Source: Candidatus Latescibacterota bacterium
GTDB lineage: Bacteria > Latescibacterota > UBA2968 > SICM01
DNA length: 64,000 bases
NCBI GenBank assembly: GCA_965217865.1
Contig: CBDCJO010000001.1
Span: 320,001-384,000, forward strand
Direction: 5' to 3'
The notes beneath the pieces are model-generated. The model was not told where the DNA came from. It saw only the letters and a program-made list of their open reading frames with translations, and ran no database searches. Position 1 is the stretch's first letter. Each line of letters opens with the position of its first letter. This document shows positions 29,013-38,943 of the stretch, piece by piece. The position numbers and the translations under genes are program-made.

Positions 29013-30707
29013 TTAGTTTGCTAGTGCCACGAAGATCAACCCTGCCCCCGCGGGGATGATCACATACTTGACGAGCCGCCTCTTGAAAACCCTAACCAAC
29101 CAGGGTTTTTTCCGGAACCTCCCATCGCCTTCCTTGAAGGTGCTGCTCTCAATCCCAAGCTCTGCCTTGATCGACAGGACGCCGGGTGTGACAGGCTGAG
29201 GATAACCGTCGAGAAAAAAGACGATGCGCTGCTTATAGTCATTGTAATCGTCCGTCTGAACCTTGAGATCGTACTCTCTTTCGAAAGTCAGCCATCCTGG
29301 ATCGATGATCGGTCCGGCACGCCCGGATCGGCCGACCGCCCGAAGCGTCACCTCACCGGCGGGGGCGGATGGAAGCCATATGTTGACCCTGGCCCCGATC
29401 TCGATCGTCGTCACCTCTTCAACCCGAAACTCGACCTGAGCCACCAGGCCTTTTGGATCGTTCAGCGTGTAATGTCCTTTCGGCAGGTACACGGAAAAGT
29501 GGGTTGCCCCCCTTTGAATGCTGTCCCGGAGCGCATGTTCAGCAAGGACGATCAGGTTACCGTACATATCCATATCGAAGGGGGACGCCGGCAGGGGGTC
29601 TCTCGGTTTTCGAGTCGGTAAAACGGGACTGAATTGCAGGGGTGTGGCCTGCAGGCCTGGGTGCGTGATCCACAGGGGGGAGACCCGGACATCGACCCGC
29701 TCGATTCTCGAGTGCCAGGTATTGACGAAATTCATCCAGGCCCCCAGCGAATCCCCGTAGACCAGATCGGGAAGCGGGTTTGGCTCCCTTCCCAACGATG
29801 GGGAAAGCCCTCTTGCCTTTTCGAAGTGTTCATGCGCCTCCGTGAAACGCCTGTATTTTCCAAGGATGATCCCCTTGTAGACATAGACGTGGGCGGTCGA
29901 TCGCAGGATGGAAGGCTCCCTCGTCCCGATCCTTTCCAAACTGCTTTCCAACACCTTCAGGTAGACATCCAAATCTTTTAACAGAACTTCCATCCGTTCG
30001 TCGAAAAGTCGAATCTCAGGCCCGCTCTCAACCGCGTAGTTACCGATTCCAAACGCCGATTTGAGGAGTTCCAGGCCGTATTTTCGGTACTGAGCGGACG
30101 TCTGACGCAGGTTGTCCTCGGCAAGGGCCTTGGATTTAATTTCCGGCACGATCCGGCGCGGCAATTTCACCGACAACCGTTTCCCTTCCTCCGGAACGAA
30201 GATGTCCATCTTCAAGGCTTCATAACCCTTCTTTGAGATTTCGACCTGATACTTCCCGACATATACATCGTTGGCGTAGAAAAGATCCTCCACCCCTCGT
30301 TTGAGGATGCCGGCATACAGGGTGTCCTGGTCCACAAAACGCGCTTTGATCTCTGCCACAAGTATTTCCCTTTGATCCGAGGTGATCACCAGGGGGGCGG
30401 TCCGGCGGCGAAGGCCAATCTCAATCGAACTCGATCTCAACGGACCTGTCAGGGTTGTGTCCCAGAGAACATAACCGGGCGAGTAAGCCTCGATCAGATA
30501 GGGACCTCCGTCAGCGAAGGATATTCTCAGAGGTGTATACCCTCTATCCACGGCGTTAATCGATATTCTCGCACCAATCGGTTCGGAAGTGATCTGCACC
30601 ATTCCGCTTCGGATCGGTTCGAGGTCTGCAAGGGCGATATGGCCCCAGAGGAACAGGACCGCAAACCCGTAAAAAAATGTCTTTGAAAGGCACCAGGTCG
30701 GTTTCAT
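29013..30707 (-). CDS. PEGA domain and TPR protein
   Basis: ITSEPIGARISIN..RGYTPL and GKYQVEISKKGY (PEGA), a TPR helix pair and a C-terminal hydrophobic tail; likely start 30707 after GGAGG. Confidence 0.8.
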   Translation of the reverse strand: MKPTWCLSKTFFYGFAVLFLWGHIALADLEPIRSGMVQITSEPIGARISINAVDRGYTPLRISFADGGPYLIEAYSPGYVLWDTTLTGPLRSSSIEIGLRRRTAPLVITSDQREILVAEIKARFVDQDTLYAGILKRGVEDLFYANDVYVGKYQVEISKKGYEALKMDIFVPEEGKRLSVKLPRRIVPEIKSKALAEDNLRQTSAQYRKYGLELLKSAFGIGNYAVESGPEIRLFDERMEVLLKDLDVYLKVLESSLERIGTREPSILRSTAHVYVYKGIILGKYRRFTEAHEHFEKARGLSPSLGREPNPLPDLVYGDSLGAWMNFVNTWHSRIERVDVRVSPLWITHPGLQATPLQFSPVLPTRKPRDPLPASPFDMDMYGNLIVLAEHALRDSIQRGATHFSVYLPKGHYTLNDPKGLVAQVEFRVEEVTTIEIGARVNIWLPSAPAGEVTLRAVGRSGRAGPIIDPGWLTFEREYDLKVQTDDYNDYKQRIVFFLDGYPQPVTPGVLSIKAELGIESSTFKEGDGRFRKKPWLVRVFKRRLVKYVIIPAGAGLIFVALAN

Positions 30708-30948
30708 CCGGATTTCCTCCACTCCCCGCGCATGATGCTGCTCGGAGCGGCGTAAGTTGGGTTTAAGCTTGAAGTTCCACTCATATATTAGACGGAAATA
30801 GAGGAGAAAATTAAAAATTCGATTCAGAAATCGCCGCGGTTTTTTACCCAAAAAAATAGCCCACCGAGAATTCGGGGACCATTCCGAACCTTATGCGCGA
30901 CGGGTCGGACATTTAAGCAGGCTGAGGATCCCAGGCTGTAAATAAGGA

Positions 30949-32646
30949 CTATTGTGGACTCGAAGAAGCCTCCGATTTGAAGGGAACCAGGGGTTCGTTC
31001 CCTTCGTGTTTTTTCATCAGGTCGAGGGCATAAGCGAACTCACCCTTTAACTCGGCAAGCCTGCGGAGTTCTTTCCAATATCGATCGGCATCGATCTGAT
31101 AAGCCTCTTGCACGGCGACATACGCCTTGTCGAGCGCGTCTTCGGCATCGGAATGGAGATAGGCTGTGGCCAGCGTCATCAGGGCTTCGCCCCGGTCATC
31201 CCAACCGAACGTGGTGACACGGTAAGCATAATCGATGGCCTCCACGACGGCCTTCTGATCGAGCCTGGCATTCGCAAGACTCAACGACAAACCGCCATAG
31301 GTGTTGCGCGTGCGCTGGTCCGAGGGATTTTTTTGATAAGCCTTCCTGGAGAATTTCACGGCCGTGGAAAGGTCGACAAGATAGGCCGCAAAAGCCATGT
31401 CCAGGTAGAGGGATGCCTGAGAAGTATCACCGCGGGTGTAAGACAGGGCCTTTTGAAAGGTCTCGATGGCCTCGTTGATCTCTTTTTCCGCGCTCTGTCT
31501 CAACCCCTGGATCCGATAGATCGCCGACCGCATGTTTTGACCCCCGTCGAAGTTGACGGCGGTGAATATCCGGCTGAACCATTCGGGATTCCTGCTCTTC
31601 TGGCCCATGTCACACGCAGCGACGATCTTAGGGATGTAGAGATCCGGTTCCATCCCTTCGAAATCCACCTCGGATCCCGTCTCTACCAGGTTCAGCCCGT
31701 TCTCGATGTACACGCTGAGGTAAGCCTGCAGGGTATCGGAAACACCGGGTTCCGCTGCTGAAGCGGAGGCATAGAGCCTTTCCTTTCGTTCCCGGGATAG
31801 AATGGCCTCCCAGATCTCGTCAAGCCCGGACGAGGCGGTTCCCCAGAGCTGCCTCAGGGAGCGGACTGCCGTTGCGACCTGTTGACGGCGGGTAAAATCG
31901 ATCTCATCCGATTCCCGTCCGAGCAGATAGTCCATCTCGGCCTTATAATTGATCATCAGAAAGTCTAGCTTTCTCTTCTGAAGGACCATAAGGGAATCCA
32001 TCTCCGCCCGGTACTGATTGAAAAGCAGATCCACCTCGACCCTCTGATCGCCCGGGAGGGAATCCAGCTCGTATGGCATCTGCTGGCTGAGCATGAGATT
32101 CATCTTCTCCTTCTGAACCCTGAGAAGAGAATCGATCTTGCCGAACTCCATCGGCCTTTTCAGAGTCGGGTAATCGAGCAGGGGTGGCGTGTCCTTCACA
32201 CCTCCGATGATGATCTTCGCCCGCTCAAGGGCATAACGAACCTTCATCTTTCCCATGTCATGGCGGATAGCCGGATCACGATTCCTTCTGAAGGCAATCT
32301 GAAAGGCCTCGAGAGATTTCTTCAGATATAATAGACTATCGGCCTTCGCTTCCTTGGGAATCGAGTTGAATGCCAGCTCACACGCATTTCCGAGCCATAC
32401 GTAATAGGGAACCGTGAAGGTACTCGCCTGATCAATGGCTTGCTTGAACAGATCAACCGCGGCCAGATAGTCCCCGCTCTGATAGGCTTCGCGCCCCTTT
32501 TGAAAGGATTCGAAAGCCAGGTCGTCCGATTTCTCGACCGCAAAAGCAGATCCGGACGACCAGAGAAGAACCGTTGTCAGCATGATGGCCTGGAAAATTT
32601 TCATAAGTGCGCGACTCATAGGGTGCCAATCCTTTGCAATTTCCAT
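30949..32646 (-). CDS. Secreted TPR protein
   Basis: Signal peptide ending AFA; several TPR motifs (FQKGREAYQSGDYLAAVDLFKQA). Confidence 0.8.
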   Translation of the reverse strand: MEIAKDWHPMSRALMKIFQAIMLTTVLLWSSGSAFAVEKSDDLAFESFQKGREAYQSGDYLAAVDLFKQAIDQASTFTVPYYVWLGNACELAFNSIPKEAKADSLLYLKKSLEAFQIAFRRNRDPAIRHDMGKMKVRYALERAKIIIGGVKDTPPLLDYPTLKRPMEFGKIDSLLRVQKEKMNLMLSQQMPYELDSLPGDQRVEVDLLFNQYRAEMDSLMVLQKRKLDFLMINYKAEMDYLLGRESDEIDFTRRQQVATAVRSLRQLWGTASSGLDEIWEAILSRERKERLYASASAAEPGVSDTLQAYLSVYIENGLNLVETGSEVDFEGMEPDLYIPKIVAACDMGQKSRNPEWFSRIFTAVNFDGGQNMRSAIYRIQGLRQSAEKEINEAIETFQKALSYTRGDTSQASLYLDMAFAAYLVDLSTAVKFSRKAYQKNPSDQRTRNTYGGLSLSLANARLDQKAVVEAIDYAYRVTTFGWDDRGEALMTLATAYLHSDAEDALDKAYVAVQEAYQIDADRYWKELRRLAELKGEFAYALDLMKKHEGNEPLVPFKSEASSSPQ

Positions 32647-32847
32647 TTTGTACTTTCCACCCCAACCCTCGTCCTTCGACTCCGTTCCGCAAAAAACGCG
32701 GAACGGAGTTTATCCTGAGCTTGTCGAAGGGCTCAGGAGGTATTCATTGTGTTTTAGGATCTCCTATCTATCGCGGGCTTCGCTTCGATCAGCGGTGATC
32801 TGTCGTTAAATTTTGCAATTTCCATTTTACATTTTTCATTTCCATGC

Positions 32848-34446
32848 TCACCTGAGCACCCGAGCCAGCATCCGAATTCCCCGAAGGGCTTCATCTTCGA
32901 TAAGAAGTTTCCGCTCCAGGTCCGACTTCAAATAGATCCGGATGTCCTCCAGCCTGCCTGATGTGTAAGTGATCACGAATACCACACCGTCCTGGAAACT
33001 GATTCGCCCGCTTCCGGCCTCTGCGTTGATAATGGCCCCTTCGAACGAAAGGGACCGAGGATGGCGCAGGCTCGACAGGACCCTCTCGATCCTGATGAGC
33101 CGGGGCAGCTCCCCGGCCAAACTTCGGGAGGCCTGAAAATCCGAAAACTTGATTCGACCCGCCGAACGGTACTCTCCCGCGGAAAACGGTTCTGTCGTCA
33201 CGGGGGCGTGCGATGAAGCGGGGAGTTTAATCGGACCGGGAGTCCCGATCGCCTTTCGGCCTTGTGTCAAATAGCCCCTGGGAACCACCTGGACATCGGG
33301 TCGATCCCCGAAATAATTCGAAAGCCCGGAGCCGGATCCACGTTGAGGGCCGGCGATCTGGGGAACCTCCCGTCTTCCGATCGAAGGCCGGTCGATGTCC
33401 AGTTCCCTGGGCACATCCGGGACCTCGAAAAGCTCGGCCATCTGTTGTGACGGAAGCTCGATTTCGCGGGGTTCCTCCTCCGGTTCCTCTTCGATAAGGG
33501 GTTTCGCTTCTTCTGGCTCAGGACCACCGGGGGGCTCCTCCTCCTTCAGGGCTTCTTCGCTGAAGTTGAAAATCCCCTGGACGCTGAGCATGCTGAACTC
33601 GATCGAATTCGAGACGGCCTCGAGGGCCCGGTATGCAGCGGGAGGCTGGAAGGCGATGACCAGTGCGATTCCGACAGCGACAATTCCGGCGAAAACATGA
33701 ATCAGCCCGGACGCAACGGTATTCCAGAGTGAGCTGAGGGTCCTTCCAATGAGCCCCAAACCGGTCCCGGCTGCCGCAGCCCGCCGGATGTATTCAGACT
33801 TTCCTGGCTCAGAATCGGGCGCGGAACTTTCAGGATTCGCCGCTTCCCAGATCTCATCGATCCGTCGGGCGATCTCCTCCGACCCCGTCTCTCCGGCCAA
33901 ATCCTTCCAGCAATCCGCGAAGATACCCGATGCGGGGACGGCCCCCGCCTCCCGGCACACCAACCCGTAGGCGATTTCGATTTCAACGCGTCGTTCGGGA
34001 AAACGTTCCCAGAGTTTCAGGATGCCGGCCCGATTCAACCGCCGGAACCGGAGGATGGCCTCGTGCAGGATGTGACCCCGGTACCAAAGCTGAACGACCT
34101 CTTGCGAGGGCACGGGGGCGTGGCCTCCGGACGATGGGAATGACTTCCCGAGGAGTTCCCACGAGATCCTTTCATCAAGCGGGGAATCCGCTTCATCCCC
34201 CGGCATTGGATATTCGTTAGCCCGGAGCTGTTCGATCAGATGTTCAAGTGCGTTGTGATAGTCTTCCGCGAATGCCTCTTGGGACGGATAAGCCAGAGAC
34301 TGGTAAGCGTCGGCGGGCCGATCGCAACCCGCAACAGCGGAGAAGACCGCGAAAAGGTCGGATCGCTGGCTTTCCATTCGGGCCACGGTGCGCTGGATGA
34401 TCTCCAGGCAGCTCAGGGTGAAGAGATAATTTTTCATGCCGTCCAC
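32848..34446 (-). CDS. Bitopic membrane protein with Pro/Glu-rich linker (anti-sigma/TonB-like candidate)
   Basis: Cytoplasmic helical N-domain, TM helix, EEEPPGGPEPEEAKP...EEEPREIELP linker and C-terminal domain; directly follows the sigma factor. Confidence 0.6.
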   Translation of the reverse strand: MDGMKNYLFTLSCLEIIQRTVARMESQRSDLFAVFSAVAGCDRPADAYQSLAYPSQEAFAEDYHNALEHLIEQLRANEYPMPGDEADSPLDERISWELLGKSFPSSGGHAPVPSQEVVQLWYRGHILHEAILRFRRLNRAGILKLWERFPERRVEIEIAYGLVCREAGAVPASGIFADCWKDLAGETGSEEIARRIDEIWEAANPESSAPDSEPGKSEYIRRAAAAGTGLGLIGRTLSSLWNTVASGLIHVFAGIVAVGIALVIAFQPPAAYRALEAVSNSIEFSMLSVQGIFNFSEEALKEEEPPGGPEPEEAKPLIEEEPEEEPREIELPSQQMAELFEVPDVPRELDIDRPSIGRREVPQIAGPQRGSGSGLSNYFGDRPDVQVVPRGYLTQGRKAIGTPGPIKLPASSHAPVTTEPFSAGEYRSAGRIKFSDFQASRSLAGELPRLIRIERVLSSLRHPRSLSFEGAIINAEAGSGRISFQDGVVFVITYTSGRLEDIRIYLKSDLERKLLIEDEALRGIRMLARVLR

Positions 34447-34476
34447 CTTTATGAATCACTTTATTTGATACGTGGC

Positions 34477-35142
34477 CTAAAGCTCGATTTCAATCTCAAG
34501 CTCGTGTTCCCGGATATAACGAACGGATGCCTGGAAAACCATTTCTCCGAGGGTGTTCGGATCGTATTGATCGGCGAGATAACCCAGTTTTTTCTTCAGT
34601 TTGCCCAAGGCGGTTCGGAATCGATAATTTAGACGGGGCGGGGACCATCCCTTCTCCTCCGCGATCCTATTTTGCCGCTCCCCCTGCAAGAGGACCTTGA
34701 AAAGGATGACCACATCCTCTTCGTCGAGCTGTTCCAGGACGATGAAGACATAGTCCTGCCCCCTGTCCCGCTCCCCCCGGCTTGTCTCCTGTGATGCCAC
34801 GGTCCGCGGATCTGTAATCAGGTCCGCCGTCTCGAGGGGTTGTTCCCTGACCCTCCGAAGGTGGTCCAGGCAGGCATTATAAGACATACGGCTGAGGAAA
34901 GCCGACCAGTTCAGGATATCGTTGAATTGAGGGCTTCGGCAGATCCGGATAAAGTCGACCAGTTTATTGTGAAAAAGGTCTTCCTTGATCATCGGGTCGA
35001 TCGGAAAAGTTCTCATCGTATACACAATAAATTCTCTCAGGTTCGCGTATTCTTGAGCAAGGAGTTCCCGGTTGCCTCGGTGAATCTCTTCTGCGATGGA
35101 TCTCAACCCGTCGTCGGAAATCGGCATCACGGGGCTCCGCAT
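34477..35142 (-). CDS. ECF-type (sigma-70 family) RNA polymerase sigma factor
   Basis: EDLFH...WSAFLSRMSYNACLDHLRR (region 2) and QNRIAEEKGWS..RLNYRFRTALGKLKK (region 4). Confidence 0.8.
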   Translation of the reverse strand: MRSPVMPISDDGLRSIAEEIHRGNRELLAQEYANLREFIVYTMRTFPIDPMIKEDLFHNKLVDFIRICRSPQFNDILNWSAFLSRMSYNACLDHLRRVREQPLETADLITDPRTVASQETSRGERDRGQDYVFIVLEQLDEEDVVILFKVLLQGERQNRIAEEKGWSPPRLNYRFRTALGKLKKKLGYLADQYDPNTLGEMVFQASVRYIREHELEIEIEL

Positions 35143-35153
35143 CCGTCAAAATC

Positions 35154-35248
35154 TCATTGAATATTAAATATCGGAGAATTGAATATTTGAAAACCTCAGG
35201 ACTTTCTTGTGGGGATACGGATCTCTTCAATCTTCAATCTTCAATTCC
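35154..35248 (+). repeat. Family C element, copy 3
   Basis: Same consensus as the copies at 22665 and 28864. Confidence 0.85.
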
Positions 35249-35324
35249 CACTGGCCACTGCCACCTGCTACTGCCACTGCTTCTGCTTTTCCTGTTTCAC
35301 GTCTCACGTCTGACGTTTCACGGC

Positions 35325-35864
35325 TTACTGCCTTTTTGACTGGCTCTCGAGCCCCCACTGAACGGTCTTGAATCCCATGCGGTTGAGGGCATCATAGACC
35401 CCCACCGTGTAAGTCACGGTTGCATCCCGTTCGAAGTAGAGCCGGACAAGGATGTCCTCGGCGAGGAATCCTCGCTGACCAATTACGTTCTCCAATCCTA
35501 TTTGAGTGGCCTCAAAAACCGCCCGTTCGATGCCGGCCTGGTCGATATCGGGCGTCCTCTTGAACACATAATGCTCGTCGGTGACCACCCCGCCTTTGTC
35601 GAATTCAACGAACTCCTTTCCGACCACGATCTTGATGAAACGTTCGTCCCGGGGGTCCGGCGCCTTGTCCTCTTCGTCGGGCGCCTTCACAAAGTTGAGC
35701 TTTTGTGCGTGGACGAATCGATCGTGCAAATTAGCAAGGTGGATCTGCCAGACATTCTGGACGATGAAGAAGGTAAGCAGCAGAAAGAGGACATCGATAA
35801 ATCCTTCTCCCGCCTCAAAGACTCCCCCAGTGGTGCGTTTCCGACGACGGATCATCAGCGACAC
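35325..35864 (-). CDS. ExbD/TolR family protein
   Basis: FIDVLFLLLTFFIV with the conserved TM aspartate; C-terminal VYDALNRMGFKTV. Confidence 0.85.
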   Translation of the reverse strand: MSLMIRRRKRTTGGVFEAGEGFIDVLFLLLTFFIVQNVWQIHLANLHDRFVHAQKLNFVKAPDEEDKAPDPRDERFIKIVVGKEFVEFDKGGVVTDEHYVFKRTPDIDQAGIERAVFEATQIGLENVIGQRGFLAEDILVRLYFERDATVTYTVGVYDALNRMGFKTVQWGLESQSKRQ

Positions 35865-35869
35865 CTCGC

Positions 35870-37153
35870 TTAGCTTCGCTTTTCGCTGCTGGCCGCCGTT
35901 AGATGGATCTCCTCGGCGTTGTTCACAGGAGCATCAAAGTGCTGGACAATATCGATCATCACTGTCCGGTCCTGAATGGCCCTGCTCTTGATCTTTCGGA
36001 CCAGAAGAATGGACAGGACCCGCCCTATGAAACCGATGGCCGTCGTGACCAGGGCAAAGTTGATGTAGTGTGCCATCTTGAGTTGCGTTTGAGCCGGTCC
36101 TTCCCCGATCTTCATCGTGTCTTCCAGGACGGTAAAGGCATTGATCATCCCCAGAACTGTACCCAGCAGACCAAGCGAAAGAGCCAGGAGTCCGACCATC
36201 CCGAAAGTCTCCGACAACCGATCCTCAATCTCATCGAAGAGCATGTAGACCTTGTCGGTGCAGTACTCGATAAGTCGCGTCGAATCAGAGGCCGTATCCG
36301 GTCCGATCGAGGAGAGGATCTTATTAAGCTCTGTGTCCTCCTTGAAGGCATATCCCTTGCCTTCGGGAGAGAACCGCCCCCCCCAAAAAACTTCCATCTT
36401 GTGTCGGCGGATCGCCTCCACGTCCTGCTCGGAGAAAAATCGTTCCAGAGAAAGCTCCCCACCCCCCATAGCGTGTGCAAATCGGAAGATCATCCAGAAC
36501 GGCAGGGCGATGAGGACCAGAATCAGTGCGGTGGAAAAGGGGCCGCTGAATTCCGAAAAGTACCGGCCGATGACTTCACCGAGATCGATGCCCCGTACCA
36601 CAGTAGGAACCGCATTGTCAGCCCCGAACGAGATCATCAAACCGTCGATACGGTAATCCAAGAGCTGCGTGTTTGGCGGAATGGAGACATCTTGAGGGCT
36701 GCGGTCGAAGTCGATCTCGTACCGGCGGCCCCCCATCTGGAAGGAAAGATCGTCGATCACCACACTGTGACTGGCGTTCCGGGTCCGAATCACCAGGCTG
36801 TCGATTCCGGTTCCAACGACATGGACCTGTTCCTCTTGAATCCCGGAATAATAGGTCGAATCCCGACCCGCAATATGAACGATTACCGCAATGGGGAGAA
36901 AGCGGTCGACATTCCTGAAGCTGATGTTGTCCACCGGTATCTTCCGGTCGGGGTTGGCGGCATCCCGGAAAGTGATCGTTAGGGCTTTCCAGAAAGTCCC
37001 CCCCTGGAGGACCTGTCCGCCCTGGAGTCCGGTGAGGTAATCGTCGAGCCAAACCGAAGCCCAGAGGCCGCCATAGATGATGGCGAAGATCAACACAAGA
37101 TACTTGACGAATTGACTTAGTTCCTTGTTTTTAAACAAATTGAAATCCATCAC
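35870..37153 (-). CDS. MotA/TolQ/ExbB proton channel protein with extra N-terminal periplasmic domain
   Basis: LGLLGTVLGMINAF...INFALVTTAIG. Confidence 0.88.
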   Translation of the reverse strand: MMDFNLFKNKELSQFVKYLVLIFAIIYGGLWASVWLDDYLTGLQGGQVLQGGTFWKALTITFRDAANPDRKIPVDNISFRNVDRFLPIAVIVHIAGRDSTYYSGIQEEQVHVVGTGIDSLVIRTRNASHSVVIDDLSFQMGGRRYEIDFDRSPQDVSIPPNTQLLDYRIDGLMISFGADNAVPTVVRGIDLGEVIGRYFSEFSGPFSTALILVLIALPFWMIFRFAHAMGGGELSLERFFSEQDVEAIRRHKMEVFWGGRFSPEGKGYAFKEDTELNKILSSIGPDTASDSTRLIEYCTDKVYMLFDEIEDRLSETFGMVGLLALSLGLLGTVLGMINAFTVLEDTMKIGEGPAQTQLKMAHYINFALVTTAIGFIGRVLSILLVRKIKSRAIQDRTVMIDIVQHFDAPVNNAEEIHLTAASSEKRS

Positions 37154-37289
37154 TCCTCCTTGGCCCGATACGCAAGCAGACAGACACCCATCTATAACCT
37201 TCTTTCAAAATATATGACGTGTAAAAAGCGGAAAAATTAAAAAGAAACTAGAAGACAGAAGACAGAATAAAAACGTGAAGTGTAGAATT

Positions 37290-37580
37290 TCCGGCTCTCC
37301 CAGGAATATAGCGGACCCCTGTCTTCGCGATTGACACCCGGGCCTTTGAGCTAATCGAGACGCCGAGACTAAAGTCAGGGCCTTCTTTCAGCGCCAACGG
37401 CGCGTTGTCCTTTAACCCAGGCGAGCCGCCCTGGGTCGTGCGAAACAATAGCATCGTGCGGCCTGAAAGGCCGCGATAATTGTACATCACAATGCCCCAA
37501 TCCCTGTCCCGCATCCTGATTCATCTAGGTGTGGGATTGATCCGGATCGCGGACCGTTGGCCCGCTAATGCGTCGCCTCT
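37290..37580 (+). mobile_element. REP/MITE family A, copy 2 (retains transposase termini)
   Basis: Contains ATG 37492 MPQSLSRILIHL joined to GTGTGGGATTGA (VWD*). Confidence 0.85.
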
Positions 37581-37686
37581 CTGGCCTCCGACCTCTTGCC
37601 ATTGGCCCCTGCCTTTGCCTTTCCTGCCACTGCTACTACTTTTCCCATCTCACGTTTCCCGATCCCTGACCTCTGGCCATGGCTTC

Positions 37687-38517
37687 TCATTTCCCTACCC
37701 AATGCCGATAGAGCGGTTTGACGTCCTCAGGCAGGGAATCGTAAACGCTTTTAGGCACAGTTGGCACACGGTTTTCTTTCATGTTCGCCTCTTCGACCAT
37801 GCGTTGCCTGTCTGCGGAATCGGGTTTCATGGGATCCAGGTTCAGCCACCACGGGGCAAAGCGGATTGCCATGGCCACCCGGGTTCGGTCTGACCTATTT
37901 GGCGCCGCCGCGTGCCACATCCGGCTGTCGAAGATCATGACACTTCCCGCTGGGCCCGTTACCTGCAACTCGGTCGGATAGGGATCAATGGGATTGATGC
38001 CCATCCCTCCGGTAGGATTGTTGTTCGAACGGTGGCTCCCCGGAACAATGATCGTCCCTCCGTTTTCTTCCGTGAAATCCGACAACATCCAGATCGTCGT
38101 CAGGTGTATGACAGCATCCGGATACGGGGCGGGAATGTGTCCCGCATTGTGCTGGTTGAACGGCCAGTCGGCGTGTAAGCCGGTTCGCTGGCTGCCGCGA
38201 TCATTCACCATTCCGCTTGTCATCGAAATTCGGAAGTACGGACCGAAGGTCCGCTCCGCGATCCCCATCAGCCGGGGGTCGGTCAGATAAGGGGAAAATG
38301 ATTGATCGAAGTTGATCAAACCCGGCCGGTTGGCGATCCCTTTGGAGGAACCCGGCATTGCGTTTCGGACGACAGTCTCCTTGACGCTTTCCCGGACCGC
38401 TCCAACCTTGTCCCGGGGAATGACCTCATCCAGCACGTACCACCCATCGACATACAGATGAAGCGCCAATTCTTTCAGATCGTCTGATTGCAAACCAAAC
38501 CTCCTGCTCCAACGCAA
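37687..38517 (-). CDS. Phytanoyl-CoA dioxygenase (PhyH) family protein
   Basis: LHAD, ENGGTIIVPGSH, GSVMIFDSRMWH and NRSDRTR. Confidence 0.92.
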   Translation of the reverse strand: MRWSRRFGLQSDDLKELALHLYVDGWYVLDEVIPRDKVGAVRESVKETVVRNAMPGSSKGIANRPGLINFDQSFSPYLTDPRLMGIAERTFGPYFRISMTSGMVNDRGSQRTGLHADWPFNQHNAGHIPAPYPDAVIHLTTIWMLSDFTEENGGTIIVPGSHRSNNNPTGGMGINPIDPYPTELQVTGPAGSVMIFDSRMWHAAAPNRSDRTRVAMAIRFAPWWLNLDPMKPDSADRQRMVEEANMKENRVPTVPKSVYDSLPEDVKPLYRHWVGK

Positions 38518-38571
38518 GGCCTTCCGCCTTCACGCCTTCCGTTTCTCGTTCCCGCCTCCCTCTCACCCTGT

Positions 38572-38943
38572 TTATCCTGCCCGCCACACCCCCCAGGCCA
38601 GCAAAGCCCATCCGCCAAGAAAGGCGGCACCCCCGAATGGGGTTATGGCGCCCAGCCATCGGATCCCGCTGAGACCGAGGGCGTACAGGCTTCCGGAAAA
38701 CAACACGGTCCCGACCACGAACAACCAGCCCGCCGTAACCACTGCCGTTCCGCCATAGCGGGAGGCCGCCCATCCGGTCGCCAGCAAAGCCAGTGCGTGA
38801 TACATCTGGTAACGCACGCCCACCTCAAACGCATCCAGCATCTCCGGTGTGATCCTTTCCCGAAGACCGTGGGCCCCAAAAGCCCCGGCCGCGATTCCGA
38901 TAAAGGCTGAAACGGCACCGATACAAAAAAACAGGCGGTCCAC
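38572..38943 (-). CDS. DUF423 (YgdD/YwdK-like) membrane protein
   Basis: GAFGAHGL, YQMYHALAL, LFSGSLY and GAITPFGG. Confidence 0.92.
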   Translation of the reverse strand: MDRLFFCIGAVSAFIGIAAGAFGAHGLRERITPEMLDAFEVGVRYQMYHALALLATGWAASRYGGTAVVTAGWLFVVGTVLFSGSLYALGLSGIRWLGAITPFGGAAFLGGWALLAWGVWRAG

